Assembly: GCF_006345805.1 (NCBI RefSeq)
Contig: NC_043015.1
Location: 44,330,001-44,394,000 of the forward strand
Length of the DNA stretch: 64,000 nucleotides
Direction: 5' to 3'
Origin: Octopus sinensis
Lineage: Eukaryota
Shown: one piece after another, positions 12,046 through 26,159 of the stretch
Layout of the letters: every line of letters begins with the position of its first letter
How positions within the stretch are numbered: the stretch's first letter is position 1
Made by a program: the position numbers and the translations under genes
The notes under the pieces: generated by a model
Told to the model about the DNA's origin: nothing
The model's input: the letters and a program-made list of their open reading frames with translations, nothing else
Database searches by the model: none

Positions 12046-12653
12046 GAAGCATAGTTGTTTGTAACATTGGCAAAAATGGCTGAGATATGGGAGAGACCGT
12101 TTGTCGATTATTTTCACTTCAGTACTTGACTGGTGCCTTACTTTCAAGATCTTAGAAGTATGCTAGACACATTTCCCCTCGAGGACTTTTGAATTCAGGC
12201 CCGTTAGAAATAATAATAAGGCATTTGTGTATAACGACTCTGCCATTCCAGGTTTGCATAGAAATTATTTCAGATTTACAAAATGGGTTAGAAGAGGTAC
12301 ATATTACTCTACTATAAACATAGCGAATGTATCGTCAATCACATTGTGACTCTGTCAAATGTGAAGATTACTATCACTGGTTGTTCTAAAAACATTCAGC
12401 GAAATGGGCTAAAGTATAAGTTTATGTATCCCATGATTTACTTACTGGGTTTTAGTGGAACAGATTGCCCTCGCTGTGCATTTGTAAGTCCTGTGGAAAA
12501 ACCATGAAGCTACGGAATGTAAAACAAACAAATATCAGTTACAAAGTGATGCGGGCAAACACAGACATGCATATGCAAAATCCACATACACACAAACTCA
12601 CATCGATGCACACACATATCTATATACACACACATCGTGTATCCACACAGTTT

Positions 12654-12887
12654 TAAGGCGGCGAGCTAGCAGAAACGTTAGCACGCCGGGCGAAATGCGT
12701 AGCCATATTTAGTCTGCCGTTACGTTTTGAGTTCAAATTCCGCCGAGGTCGACTTTGCCTTTCATCCTTTCGGGGTCGATAAATTAAATACCATTTACGC
12801 ACTGGGGTCGATGTATTCGACTTAATCCGTTTGTCTGTTCTTGTTTGTCTCCTCTGTGTTTAGCCCCTTGTGGGTAGTAAAGAAATA
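12654..12887 (+). mobile_element. SINE-A monomer with 15-bp TSD, inserted in an older B-like SINE remnant
   Basis: TSD GTATCCACACAGTTT at 12639-12653 and 12888-12902; degenerate family-B sequence continues to ~13025. Confidence 0.92.
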
Positions 12888-13145
12888 GTATCCACACAGT
12901 TTCCGTCTGCTAAAATCACTCACAAGTCATTGGTCATCATTTAAAAGACACTTGCTCGAGGTGACACACAGAGGAATTGAACCCGAAATCACGTAGTCAC
13001 AAAATAAACACGTTAAACATACAACAATATCTACGCTGTATTTAATATTTTTCTTGCACTAAATTTGTCATCTGGCACGTTAAATATTACAGCATTTCTA
13101 TTTCCTCTGCAGAATTTATTCCATGCCCCCTCAACAGAATCGGTG

Positions 13146-13392
13146 GGGTCGCGTGGCTTAGTGTTTAGGGTGTCAGCATCATGATCGTAAGATTGGGGTT
13201 TCGATTCCTGGACCGGCCGACGCGTTGTGTTCTTGAGCAAAACACTTCATTTCACGTTGCTCCAGTCCACTCAGCTGGCAAAAATGAGCAACACTGCGAT
13301 GGACTGGCGTTCCGTCCAGCTGGGGATCACATACGCCATAGAAACCGGGTACCGGCCCCATTAGCCTGGCTAGGCTTTAGAAGGGCGCATTT
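13146..13392 (+). mobile_element. tRNA-derived SINE, family F
   Basis: A box TGGCTTAGTGTT, B box GTTTCGATTCC, central GTGTTCTTGAGCAAAACACTT domain, 3' part similar to the family C tail. Confidence 0.8.
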
Positions 13393-14039
13393 ATTTTTTT
13401 CAATGGAATCAAGCCTAAGAAGAATCCAAATTCAAGCTGCGTTGAACACGAGCCAAATGTTTAAAGCTGGTATTGATCCGCATTGCTGCCAAACTCACAA
13501 AGAACTGTTTCAAATTTATGATTTTTACGGTAAGTGTAGCCCCTTATATTGCGCTACCACACTGGTTAGTAGTTACGCCTCATCGGAATTATATTTGATT
13601 ACTACTGTAGTTGATTAACATGATGGTTTCGGTGTGATGTTGATCTTCTCCCGGTGACAATGAGCAAAATTATATCTAATATTGTGAAACTCGAAAAACG
13701 TAATATATTAATTAGGACTTCAGAGCAACAGAAATTGTTCTATGAAATAATCCCTTCAGAGAATCATTACATCAAAGAATTTTTACTGTTTCAGTTACGA
13801 AAATCCGTTATCGACATATGTTCACGTGAGATTTCATGCTATTGCTATGCTCATATCAGTATTCTTCAATCATAAGTGCACATGCAACATCTGCACATTT
13901 TTGGGTGGGGTGGGGTAGGGTGGGGTGTGAAAACAAAGACAAACACACACATACCCACACGCACGTATTTATCTCGCTGTTTTGGGACTGACATTCTTCC
14001 ATTTGTATCCCTTTATTTCTCTCACACATACTGTATGAC

Positions 14040-14077
<38 letters not shown>

Positions 14078-14331
14078 TACATACATACATACAAACACAC
14101 ACAAAGACACACACACACATGTACATAAACGCAAACACATATACGTATACGCATATATATATATATATATGCAAGTATATTCAAGCAAACAGGGAAAATT
14201 GTATTTTCCTTGTTTGCGTGTATTTCCAGCATAAGCAACAGAGTGACTCAACCTGTTTACGTAAATATGTTGAGTGCCAATGTCCGAAACACCCGAACAT
14301 TGAGTCATTCTCATGATTCTGCTCAATACTA

Positions 14332-14398
<67 letters not shown>

Positions 14399-14401
<3 letters not shown>

Positions 14402-14567
14402 GAATGGCTGTGTGGTAAGTAGCTTGCTTACCAGCCACATGGTTCCGGGTTCAGTTCCACTGCGTGGCATCTTGGGCAAGTGTCTCCTGCTATAGCCTCG
14501 GGCCGACCAAAGCCTTGTGAGTGGATTTGGTAGACGGAAACTAAAAGAAGACCGTCGTATATATATG

Positions 14568-14604
<37 letters not shown>

Positions 14605-14810
14605 ATGTTTGTGTGTCTGTGTTTGTCCCTCTAGCATTGCTTGACAAACGATGCTGGTGTGTTTACGTCTCCTGTCACCTAGCGGTTCGGCAAATGAGAC
14701 CGATAGAATAAGTACTAGGCTTACAAAGAATAAGTCTCGGGGGCGATTTGCTCGACTAAAGGCGGTGCTCCAGCATGGCCGCAGTCAAATGACTGAAACA
14801 AGTAAAAGAA
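14399..14810 (+). mobile_element. SINE family B, near full length
   Basis: GGAATGGCTGTGTGGTAAG head to GACTGAAACAAGTAAAAGA tail; (TA)n on both flanks. Confidence 0.92.
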
Positions 14811-14829
14811 AAAAGAAAAAATATATATA

Positions 14830-14888
<59 letters not shown>

Positions 14889-14920
14889 AAGAAGCATGGC
14901 CAGAGATATATATGAATGTT

Positions 14921-15085
14921 GAATTTGACCTCTGGAGTCTGTTTATTATGAACTTTTGGAAGTACTTGTGTGAGGGGAGTAAAATACATTTTTCAAGATG
15001 CATGTGAATTTCACCTGTGGAAGTCTGTTTACTTATGAACTTTGGACGTACTTGTGTGAGGAAAGTATAAGACTCTTTTCAAATA
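14921..15085. repeat. Diverged tandem duplication, ~85-bp period, 2 copies
   Basis: GAATTT(G/C)ACCT(C/G)TGGA-AGTCTGTTTA...GTACTTGTGTGAGG at 14921 and 15006. Confidence 0.75.
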
Positions 15086-15490
15086 TTAAAAACAGAAATT
15101 TTAAACAATCTTTTTAGAAACCATTTTAATCCTCTGATAGATCTTTGTTAGTCGGTGGACATTTATTTTATTTTATTTCATTTTCATCTTTATTTCATAT
15201 TTGTCCATTAGGCTTTTTGGTAGATTATGAATTTTTCAGTCGTATATATTTAACTTTTTGATAGGCCGTTCTATTTGTGTTTTATTCGATTTTATGTGTA
15301 TGTATTATTTTTTATATGTTTGAAAACCATGGTAATTTTTATATGTTATTAACTTCTTTATCTTCGTCTCATTTATATTTGAGCACTTCATTTGCAGTCC
15401 TATAACCCTTTTGTTTCCATAAAAAAGAGACAAATATTATTTCTTGACGTATATATATATATATATATATATTTATTTCTTGATGTATAT

Positions 15491-15525
<35 letters not shown>

Positions 15526-16584
15526 TTCAAATAAAATTAAAAACAGAACACGAAGGATATCGCGGTACACGTGTTTCAAGCTTTATAAACAATCCGTTCT
15601 TACATCAGTGTATTATTGATATAAAAGATGGTTTAAAGCTCTCTTCAGCCGCAAAAATTGTTATTCCAAAGAGTTACATCACACTATAAAATACATGTAG
15701 TATTATCTGAGGTGGAATATACAGGTGCTTACACTTATCAAGTATTCACCCTAAATTTACAGTATACACATATATATATGAATGAATATATAAATACCTA
15801 TATATGTGTATGTATCTGTGAAAGTTTGCACATGCGTCTGTATACCTGCCCTAAACTGTTTTGTTATTATGATCATTGTCAAACATTTTATTAAATAACA
15901 ATTACTGCATCCAAACGTATTTAATAACATTTTCACCCTTTATATATACATACACAGACACAATTATGAAATCTGGTACACGGGACGTTCATGTTCATCT
16001 CTGTCTTGGATGAAATCACAACGAAATCACATGCGACTGCGCGAGAGTTGGAATAAACATATAAGCATCATTATTTCTCTCGACGTGAAACCAATGTCTG
16101 CAATGTTAAGAAAATAAAGAATACTCACCCACCTATGAAGTATTGAGCAATCATTCCACTATTCGATATTACCGTGAAAACACACTCACACATATAAAGT
16201 ATCTCACAGAAGTATGTACACAACTAAAGAACTTCAGTAAGATCGCTATTACACTGATAATACCGAAGGAAATCAAACGAAATTGAATAAAATATACTGA
16301 ATAAAATATATTATACATTATAGATATTTGGAACACAAAATAATAAACATTTCCAAAAATATGGACGAAATATTTTTTAAAAGTTACAAAAATATGTACA
16401 CCTAAAGGAAATTTGTTACATTCAATATTTTATCCATTTGTTTTCTACTAAATTCAGATATTGTTGATAATTTCAATTCTAACAAATTATTTCTCCTGGC
16501 ATGTTTGTACCGGTCATTGTTATTGCATCTGCAGGAATTCCGATTTGTGTACCGTGGTGAAAATTATTCTTCATTGTTATTAAA

Positions 16585-16935
16585 ACGGCACCAAAAGGGA
16601 AAGAATTGTCTGAAGATTTGAAGAAAATTATTTTTAATTTGCATAAGAACAGTTTAGGGTACAAGTTGATTAGCAAACGAATACATATTAGCGTAAAGGC
16701 AGTTGCCAAAGTGTTTACTAGACGCCTAAACAATAAACATCGTCCAATTCTCCCTTCCATTTTAACTGCGCGTAATATTCGCCACATCCAACCTTGCGTG
16801 ATGGACGACAGGCGTTGCACCTCATTATCTCTGTCCCAACAAGTGTCTTCTGTTAGTGGAAAGTGTATCTACCCAAACAGTTCGCCGAAGTTTGACCCAG
16901 TCAGGTCTTCATGGACGGATTTCTCGTACGAAGCC
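16585..16935 (+). pseudogene. Tc1-like transposase N-terminal (paired-type HTH) remnant
   Basis: (ACG)APKGKELSEDLKKIIFNLHKNSLGYKLISKRIHISVKAVAKV...LTARNIRHI...DRRCT..SLSQQVS; start ATG mutated to ACG; truncated by SINE-B fragments. Confidence 0.8.
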
Positions 16936-16991
16936 TATTTGTCTTTGTCGGTCTCTTTTACCGAACCTCTGAGTTACGGGCAACATAAACG

Positions 16992-17058
16992 TGAGTGGAT
17001 TTAGTAGATGGAAAGTGAATGAAGCCCGTCGAATACACTCAAAAACACACACACACAC

Positions 17059-17090
<32 letters not shown>

Positions 17091-17225
17091 CTGTGTTTGT
17101 CCCCTCAACATCGGTTGACAACCGATGCTGGTGGGTTTACGTTGCCGGTAACTTAATGGTTCGGTAAAAGAGACCGATAGAATAAGTACTAGGCTTACAA
17201 AGAATAAGTCCTGGGGTCGATTTAC
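16992..17225 (+). mobile_element. SINE family B internal fragment, inverted relative to the next copy
   Basis: GTGAGTGGATTTAGTAG...AAGAATAAGTCCTGGGGTCGATTT. Confidence 0.85.
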
Positions 17226-17228
17226 TCC

Positions 17229-17429
17229 TTTACTTGTTTCAGTCATTTGACTGTATAGCCATGCTGGAGCACCGCCTTTAGTCGAGCAAATCGACCCCAG
17301 CACTTATTGTTTGTAAGCCTAGTACTTATTCTATCGGTATCTTTTGCCGAACCGCTAAGTTACGGGGACGTAAACACACCAGCATTGTTTGTCAAGCGAT
17401 TTTGGGGGACAAAGACAGATACACAAACA

Positions 17430-17488
<59 letters not shown>

Positions 17489-17651
17489 GGCGGGCTTCAT
17501 TCAGTTTCCGTCTACCAAATCCACTCACAAAGCTTTGGTTGGCCCGAGGCTATAGTAGAAGACACTTGCCCAGGGTGCCACGCAGTGGGACTGAACTCGG
17601 AACCATGTGGTTCGTAAGAAATCTACTTACCCCACCGCCACTCCTACGCCT
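17229..17651 (-). mobile_element. SINE family B, near full length
   Basis: TTTACTTGTTTCAGTCATTTGAC...CCACTCCTACGCCT. Confidence 0.9.
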
Positions 17652-18097
17652 ATATCTATTCAATATGCAATCAGAAAGACACACATTTCATCTTCAAGAG
17701 CCACAAATTACAAGCAATAATTCAATTTTGAGTTTTATTTAACGAAGACTAATTTGTTTCTGCATAGTTTCATGACTGAATATATCCGGGTTTTTTTTAA
17801 AGGGAATATACAGTCCATTGTTATGTCCAACAGCACTCTAGCAAAAGCAAAATTCCTTACACTTGCATAATATAAAGTGATTTTATTTGATTATTTTAAT
17901 AATAAAAATATCCTCTTTAAAATGCTAGGGTAAAACATGAAATACACACTCACACACGCCAAAAAATACACCCACACCCACACACACATAAGCACACACA
18001 CGCTCGCACACATAGGAACAGATTTAAACTATCTTAGGGTCATAATTATTAAAATGTTATAATATGGGAAGAAGATGGTGAGGGCAATATCCAGCTA

Positions 18098-18285
18098 TAC
18101 GAGGTGCGTTCAAAAACCTATCCGATCCTTGGGCATTAAACAAATACCAATAATTTTCTTTGATCACCATTAATATATGCTCCCTTCGAAAGTTCATACA
18201 CTGGTAACACATCTGGAATGCTTTTGCGTTTGTCATAATTTTGCAGGAAAACGTAAGCTCAGAAACTTATTGAACGCACCTCGTG
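18098..18285. mobile_element. mariner-type MITE
   Basis: Perfect 14-bp TIR CGAGGTGCGTTCAA / TTGAACGCACCTCG; TA on the left flank, TG on the right; non-coding interior. Confidence 0.8.
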
Positions 18286-18544
18286 GGTAAAGATTATGGC
18301 AGCATTCATCAACTTAAACAAGGCGAAACCCCCGGAAGATTTGCAGGAGAATCCGAAGTCGTCTGGAGACCGGGGTCGTAGCCAATGGCGATTTTATTGA
18401 ATAAATTTACTCTTTCGTATTTCAAGGTATTTTAATGTTATTTTGTTAAATATATCTTTGAAAATGAGAATTCAGTCTTACTTTCCTTTTTGCGTAATTT
18501 AGACGACAATAAATTCACCGCACCCTCTGTGTAGACTCACGCAC

Positions 18545-18584
<40 letters not shown>

Positions 18585-18716
18585 TAATGGTGGCTTGTTC
18601 GCAATTTTACAACTGAAAGGCAGAAATATATACAACACTAATGTGACTCAAGGCACTTGTCAGCACCAGTATTGCTAGAAACAAGAGTTGAAATATCTTG
18701 TAAATCATATATGTAT

Positions 18717-18777
<61 letters not shown>

Positions 18778-19847
18778 GTATAGATTTTAGTTGCCAATTT
18801 TGTACAAGACATTGTAGATCTTTAGCTGGGCTAAAAAGTCACATTCGTTCTCAGCACCAGTAACAGTTAAGCTTCGTGCAATGGCCATACCCGATAACGA
18901 GGGGGCAGCCATAATGTATATGTACATTTAAATAAGTATATATGTATATATTTATATATTCCGCATTTATGTATACTCACACACACACAAAGACAACACT
19001 AATTTGTATATTAGAAGGAAATGTTCATCACAAATCTTTAAGAGAATTTTAATTTTTTCATTGTACTAGAAACATCAAATTTTGAGGCTATTTTTTCTCC
19101 AGAAGTTCAGGTCTTTTGATTAATTAATTTTAATATATGCACAACGCCAAAACATCTAAACACACACACACTTGAGGACATAATAATATACATAGGTGCG
19201 ATGTGGTGTGTTTGTCTGAACTTATTTTGTATTAATAATAAGAGAAATATATAATATAGTGTGTAACTGTCATTGCTGCTGTTACTAACAATAGTGAAAC
19301 ATCTTTAATATACAATCTAAGTCGTATATTAACAAAATATAAATCCGGAGCATGTATTCAGGATAGGGAATTAAAATTATATTCAAGCGAAAGTACGCAA
19401 CCATTTAAAACTACTTGTGATACGAAAATTTTAATTCCCCACTGTCAAAGCTGAATGAAAAAATGTCATCTAAACGTCCTATAATAGAATCCTGAATTAA
19501 AGTAATCTTAAAAGATATGTTTAGAAACTTTGGGAGATATAAAATATATTGTTTTTATCATCAGAATTCGAAGCAGATAAAGCCAAAAATAATAGCATTG
19601 AGAATTTTACGTTAAAATAATCCGTTGATTGAAATAAGTTGAAAGCGGACATGGCGTTTTTCTATCCAACGGTTATTTTAAAACGTTCATCGACAGGCTA
19701 TTATTTTGAGCTTTATCTAAGAGTTTCACTCTAAAAACCATTTATTTCATATCTTTCAAAGGTTCTAAATGCATTAAAAAAATCTCATGATGCAATCAAT
19801 GTATAACTCTTGCCGATGAGATTAATATATATATATATGTGTATATA

Positions 19848-19910
19848 TAGTTAATCCAAACAAGAAAACACAAAAAACTCAACAACGCGAGGACGTGGAA
19901 CAAATATATG
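19848..19910 (-). mobile_element. Short fragment of the H2-type Penelope-like repeat embedded in (TA)n
   Basis: AGTTAATCCAAACAAGAAAACAC...CAACAACGCGAGGACGTGGAACAAATATA matches 22733-22790. Confidence 0.7.
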
Positions 19911-21789
19911 TATGTATATATATATATATTATATATATATATATTATATATATATATATATAATATATATACATATATATATATAAATATATACGTGTGT
20001 GTGTGTGACTGAACTCCCTAATCTTGGGACTTGCATATCTGAACCACTTCCCGAACTAGGTAAGAGCCCTTACTTATTTGAGTGGCATTCCTTTTCTATT
20101 AGGCTGTAGAAGTTACCAAAATATAAACTCTGGTATGATCCGTTGTTTAGTGCTATAGCATGGACTAACAATCCTACCTGTGTTGAGGAATATTCTTTGC
20201 TCTAGCCTCAGGTAAAAGGTTTCTTAAGCAGAGCCTCTGATAGCCTCTACTCATGGTATGCAACATAGTCTTTAGTCTTCCCCGCAAAGTATTCCTTCGT
20301 TGAGATGAAGGAAATTAAATGTGAAACTGAAGAAGGAGATTAAATTTGGTTAGGATGAATGCTTAAATCTCACGTGTCTTGTGTACAAGACAAAAAACTC
20401 AGCGCTTTCATAAAATATTCACCAAAATCTTGTTATTTTCTTTACTGTTCATTGTACTGTATAATCCGGATTATATTCATAAGATTATGAATGTTTATAT
20501 TTATATTCTGAATATAAATATCATGCTATGGTTGTATGATACGAATGAACTATGGTGCACTAGTCTTATTCCAGATGATACTGACAATAAATTCACCAAT
20601 AAGTAATTCTTTACTGTCTCTCCGAAGACATATAAATATGTTAGCAAATAAACATTTATAAACATATTTACTTCCTCCATCGAAATTTCTAAAAAAAGTT
20701 TCAAAAACAAAAAAAACAAACAAACAAACAAAAATATCAGCAACAAAATAACGAAAGGAAATGCAAAACAAAAATAAATAAAATCGATTAAAAGAGCGTT
20801 TTAAAATCGAGAAATGTCTATATATTAAGGGGGAAAACTTTAAACATCATGGCTTTCCTAATATTGCTACAAGTGTAATAAATCGAACGAGTCATTCTGT
20901 TTTTATTGAAAAAGCCAATAAAAAAGAGCAAAAAAAAAAACCCCGCTTCAGTCGATGTTAAAATTTCAATAACGTTTGAATGCACTAAACAAGCGTAGCT
21001 TGTAACTTTATATTAACTCTCTTGAACAAAGGTCTTATAGCAATCACAAATTGAATATTAGTTATAGTTATCCTTTACCAAACTTTCGATGGAATCAAAA
21101 ACGAATATTATAAAGTTTAGCATATCAACGATGTTTACATTATATCGATATGCTGTTAAGCGTAAAAGATAATCACAAGTATATTATCTAATATTGGTTC
21201 TATATGAAATATATATGTGTGTGTATGTGGGTGTATGTTGGAAAATTGTACGTTGTATCGTTGATGTAGATGTTTACAAGCAGGAGAGATATCAATTCGG
21301 ATTTTACACAACAAAAGGAGACATTTATGGGTAATGGAGCCGAACCAAAACGCTCACGCTTCTTTCAGTTGTTCCATTATTCGGATATAAGTATGGAAGC
21401 CACACTTTCCATTACGATGAGTCGTAGGCGATTTGGCTAAGATAATTTTCCTTGAAGAGTGTGAAATCTAACTTATTAAGCCACGTACTTTATGTGAGAG
21501 TATGTATGAAAGAAACAAGAGATAATGCGGTCATTTGGTCAGTAGAGAAGTTAAATGAGAATTTTCAATTCTTTTTTGGCTTCATTTTCTAGTTGTTCCT
21601 TAGAGTCCATGCAAGCATTCTCGGACTGAGCTTTTCTAAACAAACAGTGTTTTAATAGAAGCATATTCGTAGAATCATTTAATATGTTAATATATGTGTA
21701 GATGTAGAGAGTCAAAGCTGATTCCACCTGGCTTGAGCATAAGGACACCAGTGGATTCATATAAAGGTAGAATAGTAACAGAAAGGATA

Positions 21790-21960
21790 GGACATGCCCT
21801 CGTCCGTGGGAGGATCCATTACAACCGTTAGGAAAACATCAACTAAATAATGAAATCAAAGAGAGGTTATCTTCAGTACTTAGGAAAATAACCAGAGATG
21901 ATGATGGAAAGAGAATCCAACAAGATCTAGAAAAGTCGTACATGAAATAAAATTGACTTG
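21790..21960 (+). pseudogene. Possible highly decayed CR1/L2-type reverse-transcriptase fragment
   Basis: RKITRDDDGKRIQQDLEK resembles the segment after the catalytic ADD motif (R.I.S.ED...LQ.DLD.L); many stops. Confidence 0.35.
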
Positions 21961-22185
21961 TATGAACACAAGAAATAACTTTTTCCAAAGTCTGAAACAG
22001 CTGTAAGTGATTTTAATGATTTCAATAATCTATATTAAGTTTTTTTATTGTATTCTTATCTTATATGTATTGAAATTTAATGTTTATATGTATGTTACTA
22101 TGGTTCTCGTTTTGTTAAATAAATAAATCAACATTCTAATATCCTAAAGCTGACAAACCAACTAAATTGTGTCTCCATTTTCTTA

Positions 22186-22234
<49 letters not shown>

Positions 22235-22732
22235 TGTGCGTTTATGTATACATATATATAAATATGTATATATATATACTTATATATATGTATATATATA
22301 TATACCCATTATATATATACCTATTATATATATATATGTATATATACATACTTACTATTATATCTCGACGTTTATTTTTATACATTTTGAGATCTAGTTA
22401 TATGTTTTATAAAAATATATTTGCTTTTTATGCGTTGGCTTATGTCTATCACTGTTTGAGTTGCATAATAGTGATTTTATCTCTAATTTATACTTTATAT
22501 ATATATATATATATATAATATAATATATATATATATATATATATAAAATATTATTAGATATTATGTATTGATTAAGTCTTTCCTTGTTTGTTTTGCAAAA
22601 TAGTGGTTTTGTCTCTAATAATATTTTATAATATTTTACTATAAAATTGGATTTAATCCTAAATCTGATTTTTTTCCCTGTAAATTTGGATTTATTCCCT
22701 AATATTTATTATTATATATATATATATATAAA

Positions 22733-22941
22733 GTTAATCCAAACAAGAAAGCACAAGAAAACACAACAACGCGAGGACGTGGAACAAATATAGTATTATT
22801 GGACGCTCAGGAACGAAGGAAAGAAGGAGGGTCTAACGTTTCGAGCGGAGCTCTTCGACGGAAACATAGGGGAAGGAAAGATCCAGAGAAGGGAAGACAG
22901 AGGGAACAAACTCGCCAACGGTACACACGAGGTCACATAAG
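22733..22941 (-). mobile_element. Penelope-like terminal-repeat remnant with hammerhead-like motif (copy H2)
   Basis: Minus strand GTTT-CCGTCGA-A-GAGC-TCC-GCTC-GAAACGTT-AGAC (22831-22864); (TA)n flank. Confidence 0.6.
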
Positions 22942-23887
22942 CATATATGTGTGTGCGTGTGTGTGTATGTATACACATTGTATGTACATGTGAGGCGAAA
23001 GAAACTGGTGAACGAGAATGATTTAGAAGGATAAGTACATGTAGAGAGAAAGATATAACTTTTACTCCAAAGATTCAACAATGGAGGAGGAGGACGACGC
23101 TTATGATGACGATGAGGATGACAGCGAAAAACAATTCTGTCGTCGGTAGCTTTTATTGTTTCTCACAATACAGCTTAATTCAGGTAAGAAAAAAACAAAA
23201 CACAGAAAAATCGAACAATACTGAAATACCAAAAATAATTCTATGAAAACGAAAGAAAAAAGAAAAAACGAAAAAAAGAAAAAGATACCAGTTTGTCCAA
23301 TCATGAGGACAAGATTAGTATTTACCCTCAACATAGATAGGTGTTTACCAAGTATTTGATACATCACGTCGTGATTGGACTATATTATGAAGCCAAGCCA
23401 CCAAAGTACTAATCTATACGGACAATGCTCACTGTCAGCTATCTTTATAAGAATGACTATTCTTTTAAGTATTGGTAAGCGCAATTTTTTGTGACGACCA
23501 TTTTTGTCTTTCTCTCGCATCTTCTATTGTTTGAACTAGTTATATTCTATTCACTTCCATGCATGGCATTGGATCCTGTGTAGAGAGTATTGTGTCATAT
23601 TTTGCATTGTTATTTCTTTTTACTTTCCGCCATTTTTTTCTATATAATGTTCTTAGCTATTTTTTTTTTTTTTTGCCTTTTAATTTTTTTTGGTTGTTGT
23701 CTTTTTTACGGTTGTGTGTAAAGGCAATTGCTCACGTGGTTAGCTTTGTTGTAAAAGAAGAATGAAACGGCTGATGAAGGAGTGACTAAAATATGTGTAT
23801 ATGTGACAAATGTCGGGCAATGATTTTTTTTATTTTTTCATGTTAATGAAAATGATGATCATCGCAGAGTTGGAAATAAAGATGGCT

Positions 23888-23925
23888 ATGATGATGATGA
23901 CGATGATGACGATGATGATGATGAC

Positions 23926-23979
<54 letters not shown>

Positions 23980-24019
23980 GATGGTGATGATGACAATGAC
24001 GATGACAATGATAATGGCA

Positions 24020-24066
<47 letters not shown>

Positions 24067-24190
24067 GATGACGATGATGATGCTGTTGACAATGATGATG
24101 ATGATGACGACGACGATGATGATGATGATGATGCTCTTAACGATGATGACAATGATGAGGATGATGATGATGATGATGAGGAGGATGATA
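23888..24190. repeat. (GAT)n/(GAC)n microsatellite
   Basis: Direct repeats; source of the poly-Met/Ser/Ile ORFs. Confidence 0.97.
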
Positions 24191-25725
24191 GCGACAACTC
24201 CGCAAATACAATACAATGAATAATAAGACTTTCATAGCAAAAATCTGTACATGATAGACGTGAATGAATATTATATGTGCGTAGGCATGAATCATCGGTT
24301 TTATAGGAATTTGCTGAATTTTAAGAATATACAATAAACGATGGGTTGTATGCTATTTTATTCGTTCCATATTTTGCACACATTCATTATCAATATCCCA
24401 TTGAAGTAACCTTTGTTTTCTTTCATTTTGATCCATTTGCTCACGTATGGTGAGGAGAGGATAATATTTCTTAGGAACCCTACTAAATTTAGCATAGATC
24501 TAAGCTAGCTCTTAAATAGAATTCGGTCTATGATGTTTTACCTGCTTTATATTTCCTTTAAGCTTTGCTTACATCCCGTTGTGATTTATATTATTCTAGA
24601 TTATTATACGTCAAATATTCTTCCTGCCATTCATGCGTTCTCCATTCAACGTTTTCAATACATTAAGAAACACCACAATTTATGTCTTTGACTATCTCTG
24701 TTTTTTTCTGGAACCAACAAAACGTTATTCTACAACTAAACCCCAGCATAGTATAATTTTAGTACATTCATTCATCAATATTTATATAAAATATGCTACA
24801 CTAATTTTCCACCTTGAATAATAACAATCTACCGACATATTTCATTGTAATATGTTATCCCTTCAAAACAGTTTCTCTTTTATTTAGGATATAGTCTCTG
24901 CCTTTTTTTTCTTCTTTTTGTTTCCTTGACAGCGGTGCGTATATAATTTCTGTTCTGAAGGGAACCAAGCTAACATTTGCAATTCTTATCGAAGCTTTAT
25001 TGAGATTTAACTCGTTCCTAATCGCTTATAAAGAACATATTGTAAATGCTACTAAAGATTTAGAATTGTTCCTTTCTAATGGCATTTTCTGCCCACTTTG
25101 TAACACAAAAGGTTGATCTTATTTAGAGCAAACTCATATTGAGCCGCTCAGTTTGCCGAGGCGGTCTTTATTGATCCAAGTTCTTTTACGCGAAACTGAT
25201 TTTCTCAGTAACATTTCCTTCATCACCATCTTATCGAATCCATCCACTAATAGGCAACTTTGATCAGTAACATATTCGCCATCAGATGAACCATCAGCTA
25301 CGTGTTTGAAGTAATCTTCGGAAGATTGAAATCACCTATATTATTCGTTTTCTCCAAGAACCGTTCCAATATTCCTAACAGTTCATCCATCATTTATGAC
25401 ATATAAATGTGCATATTTATGAAGTCGTTCCCACAGCTCATCCAATCATCATGTTATATTACATACGGCTTGCAATAAATTGCGTTTATCGAAGTAGCAC
25501 GACACCACATAATCTTTATATTTGTGATATATTGATCTATACTATCACACACTGTCTGTTATCTAGCGATGTAGATATCAGACAGCTGGGATTTGAAGAC
25601 ATTCCAAATATGTAAATTCAGAACTCAATTTTGCAGAGCAAAATTCACAGGATTTCATGGACAGCTTCAAGTTTCCATCTTGCTTTAATATGAAATAGTG
25701 AAACTACATTTAATTTTATATAACT

Positions 25726-25885
25726 CGCACTCCGTCCGTTACGACGGCGAGTGTTGCAGTTGAATCGAGCAACGGTCAGCCTGCTCAAGAAATTAACGTG
25801 CAAGTGGCTGAGCACTCCACAGATACACGTAGGGAGATTCAGTTTGACACAGAATGTGGCAAGGCCAGCTCGTTGAAATACAGCT
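25726..25885 (-). mobile_element. 3' tail fragment shared with SINE family D
   Basis: GCACTCCGTC...CAGCCTGCTC..GAAATTAACGTGCAAGTGGCTGAGCACTCCACAGA matches 49088-49265. Confidence 0.8.
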
Positions 25886-26159
25886 CATCTAATCGACGTG
25901 TTATATCACAATATAAGACATATTTCAATGAACACGTATGTTAGCGAATCTCCAGAATAGTATGATGGCACACACAATTGACCCAAATGGAGATACTCAG
26001 AAAGATAGCTGGGATAACGTTACTCACAGTTCCGGTACTACGAACATGTGATTAGACTGTTGCAGTATAGAAATGCAGGACACATTCTTCAAGGAATTGA
26101 AAAGGAGCATACGTTACAGTAATGGCCGTAGAAGACTTGTAGTTAAGAGACAGTAAAAA

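Noticed and set aside
23810-24223. Poly-Met/Asp/Ser ORFs
   Set aside because: (GAT)n microsatellite
24950-25400. Acidic minus-strand stretch reminiscent of a piggyBac N-terminus
   Set aside because: No catalytic motif, TTAA or TIR identified
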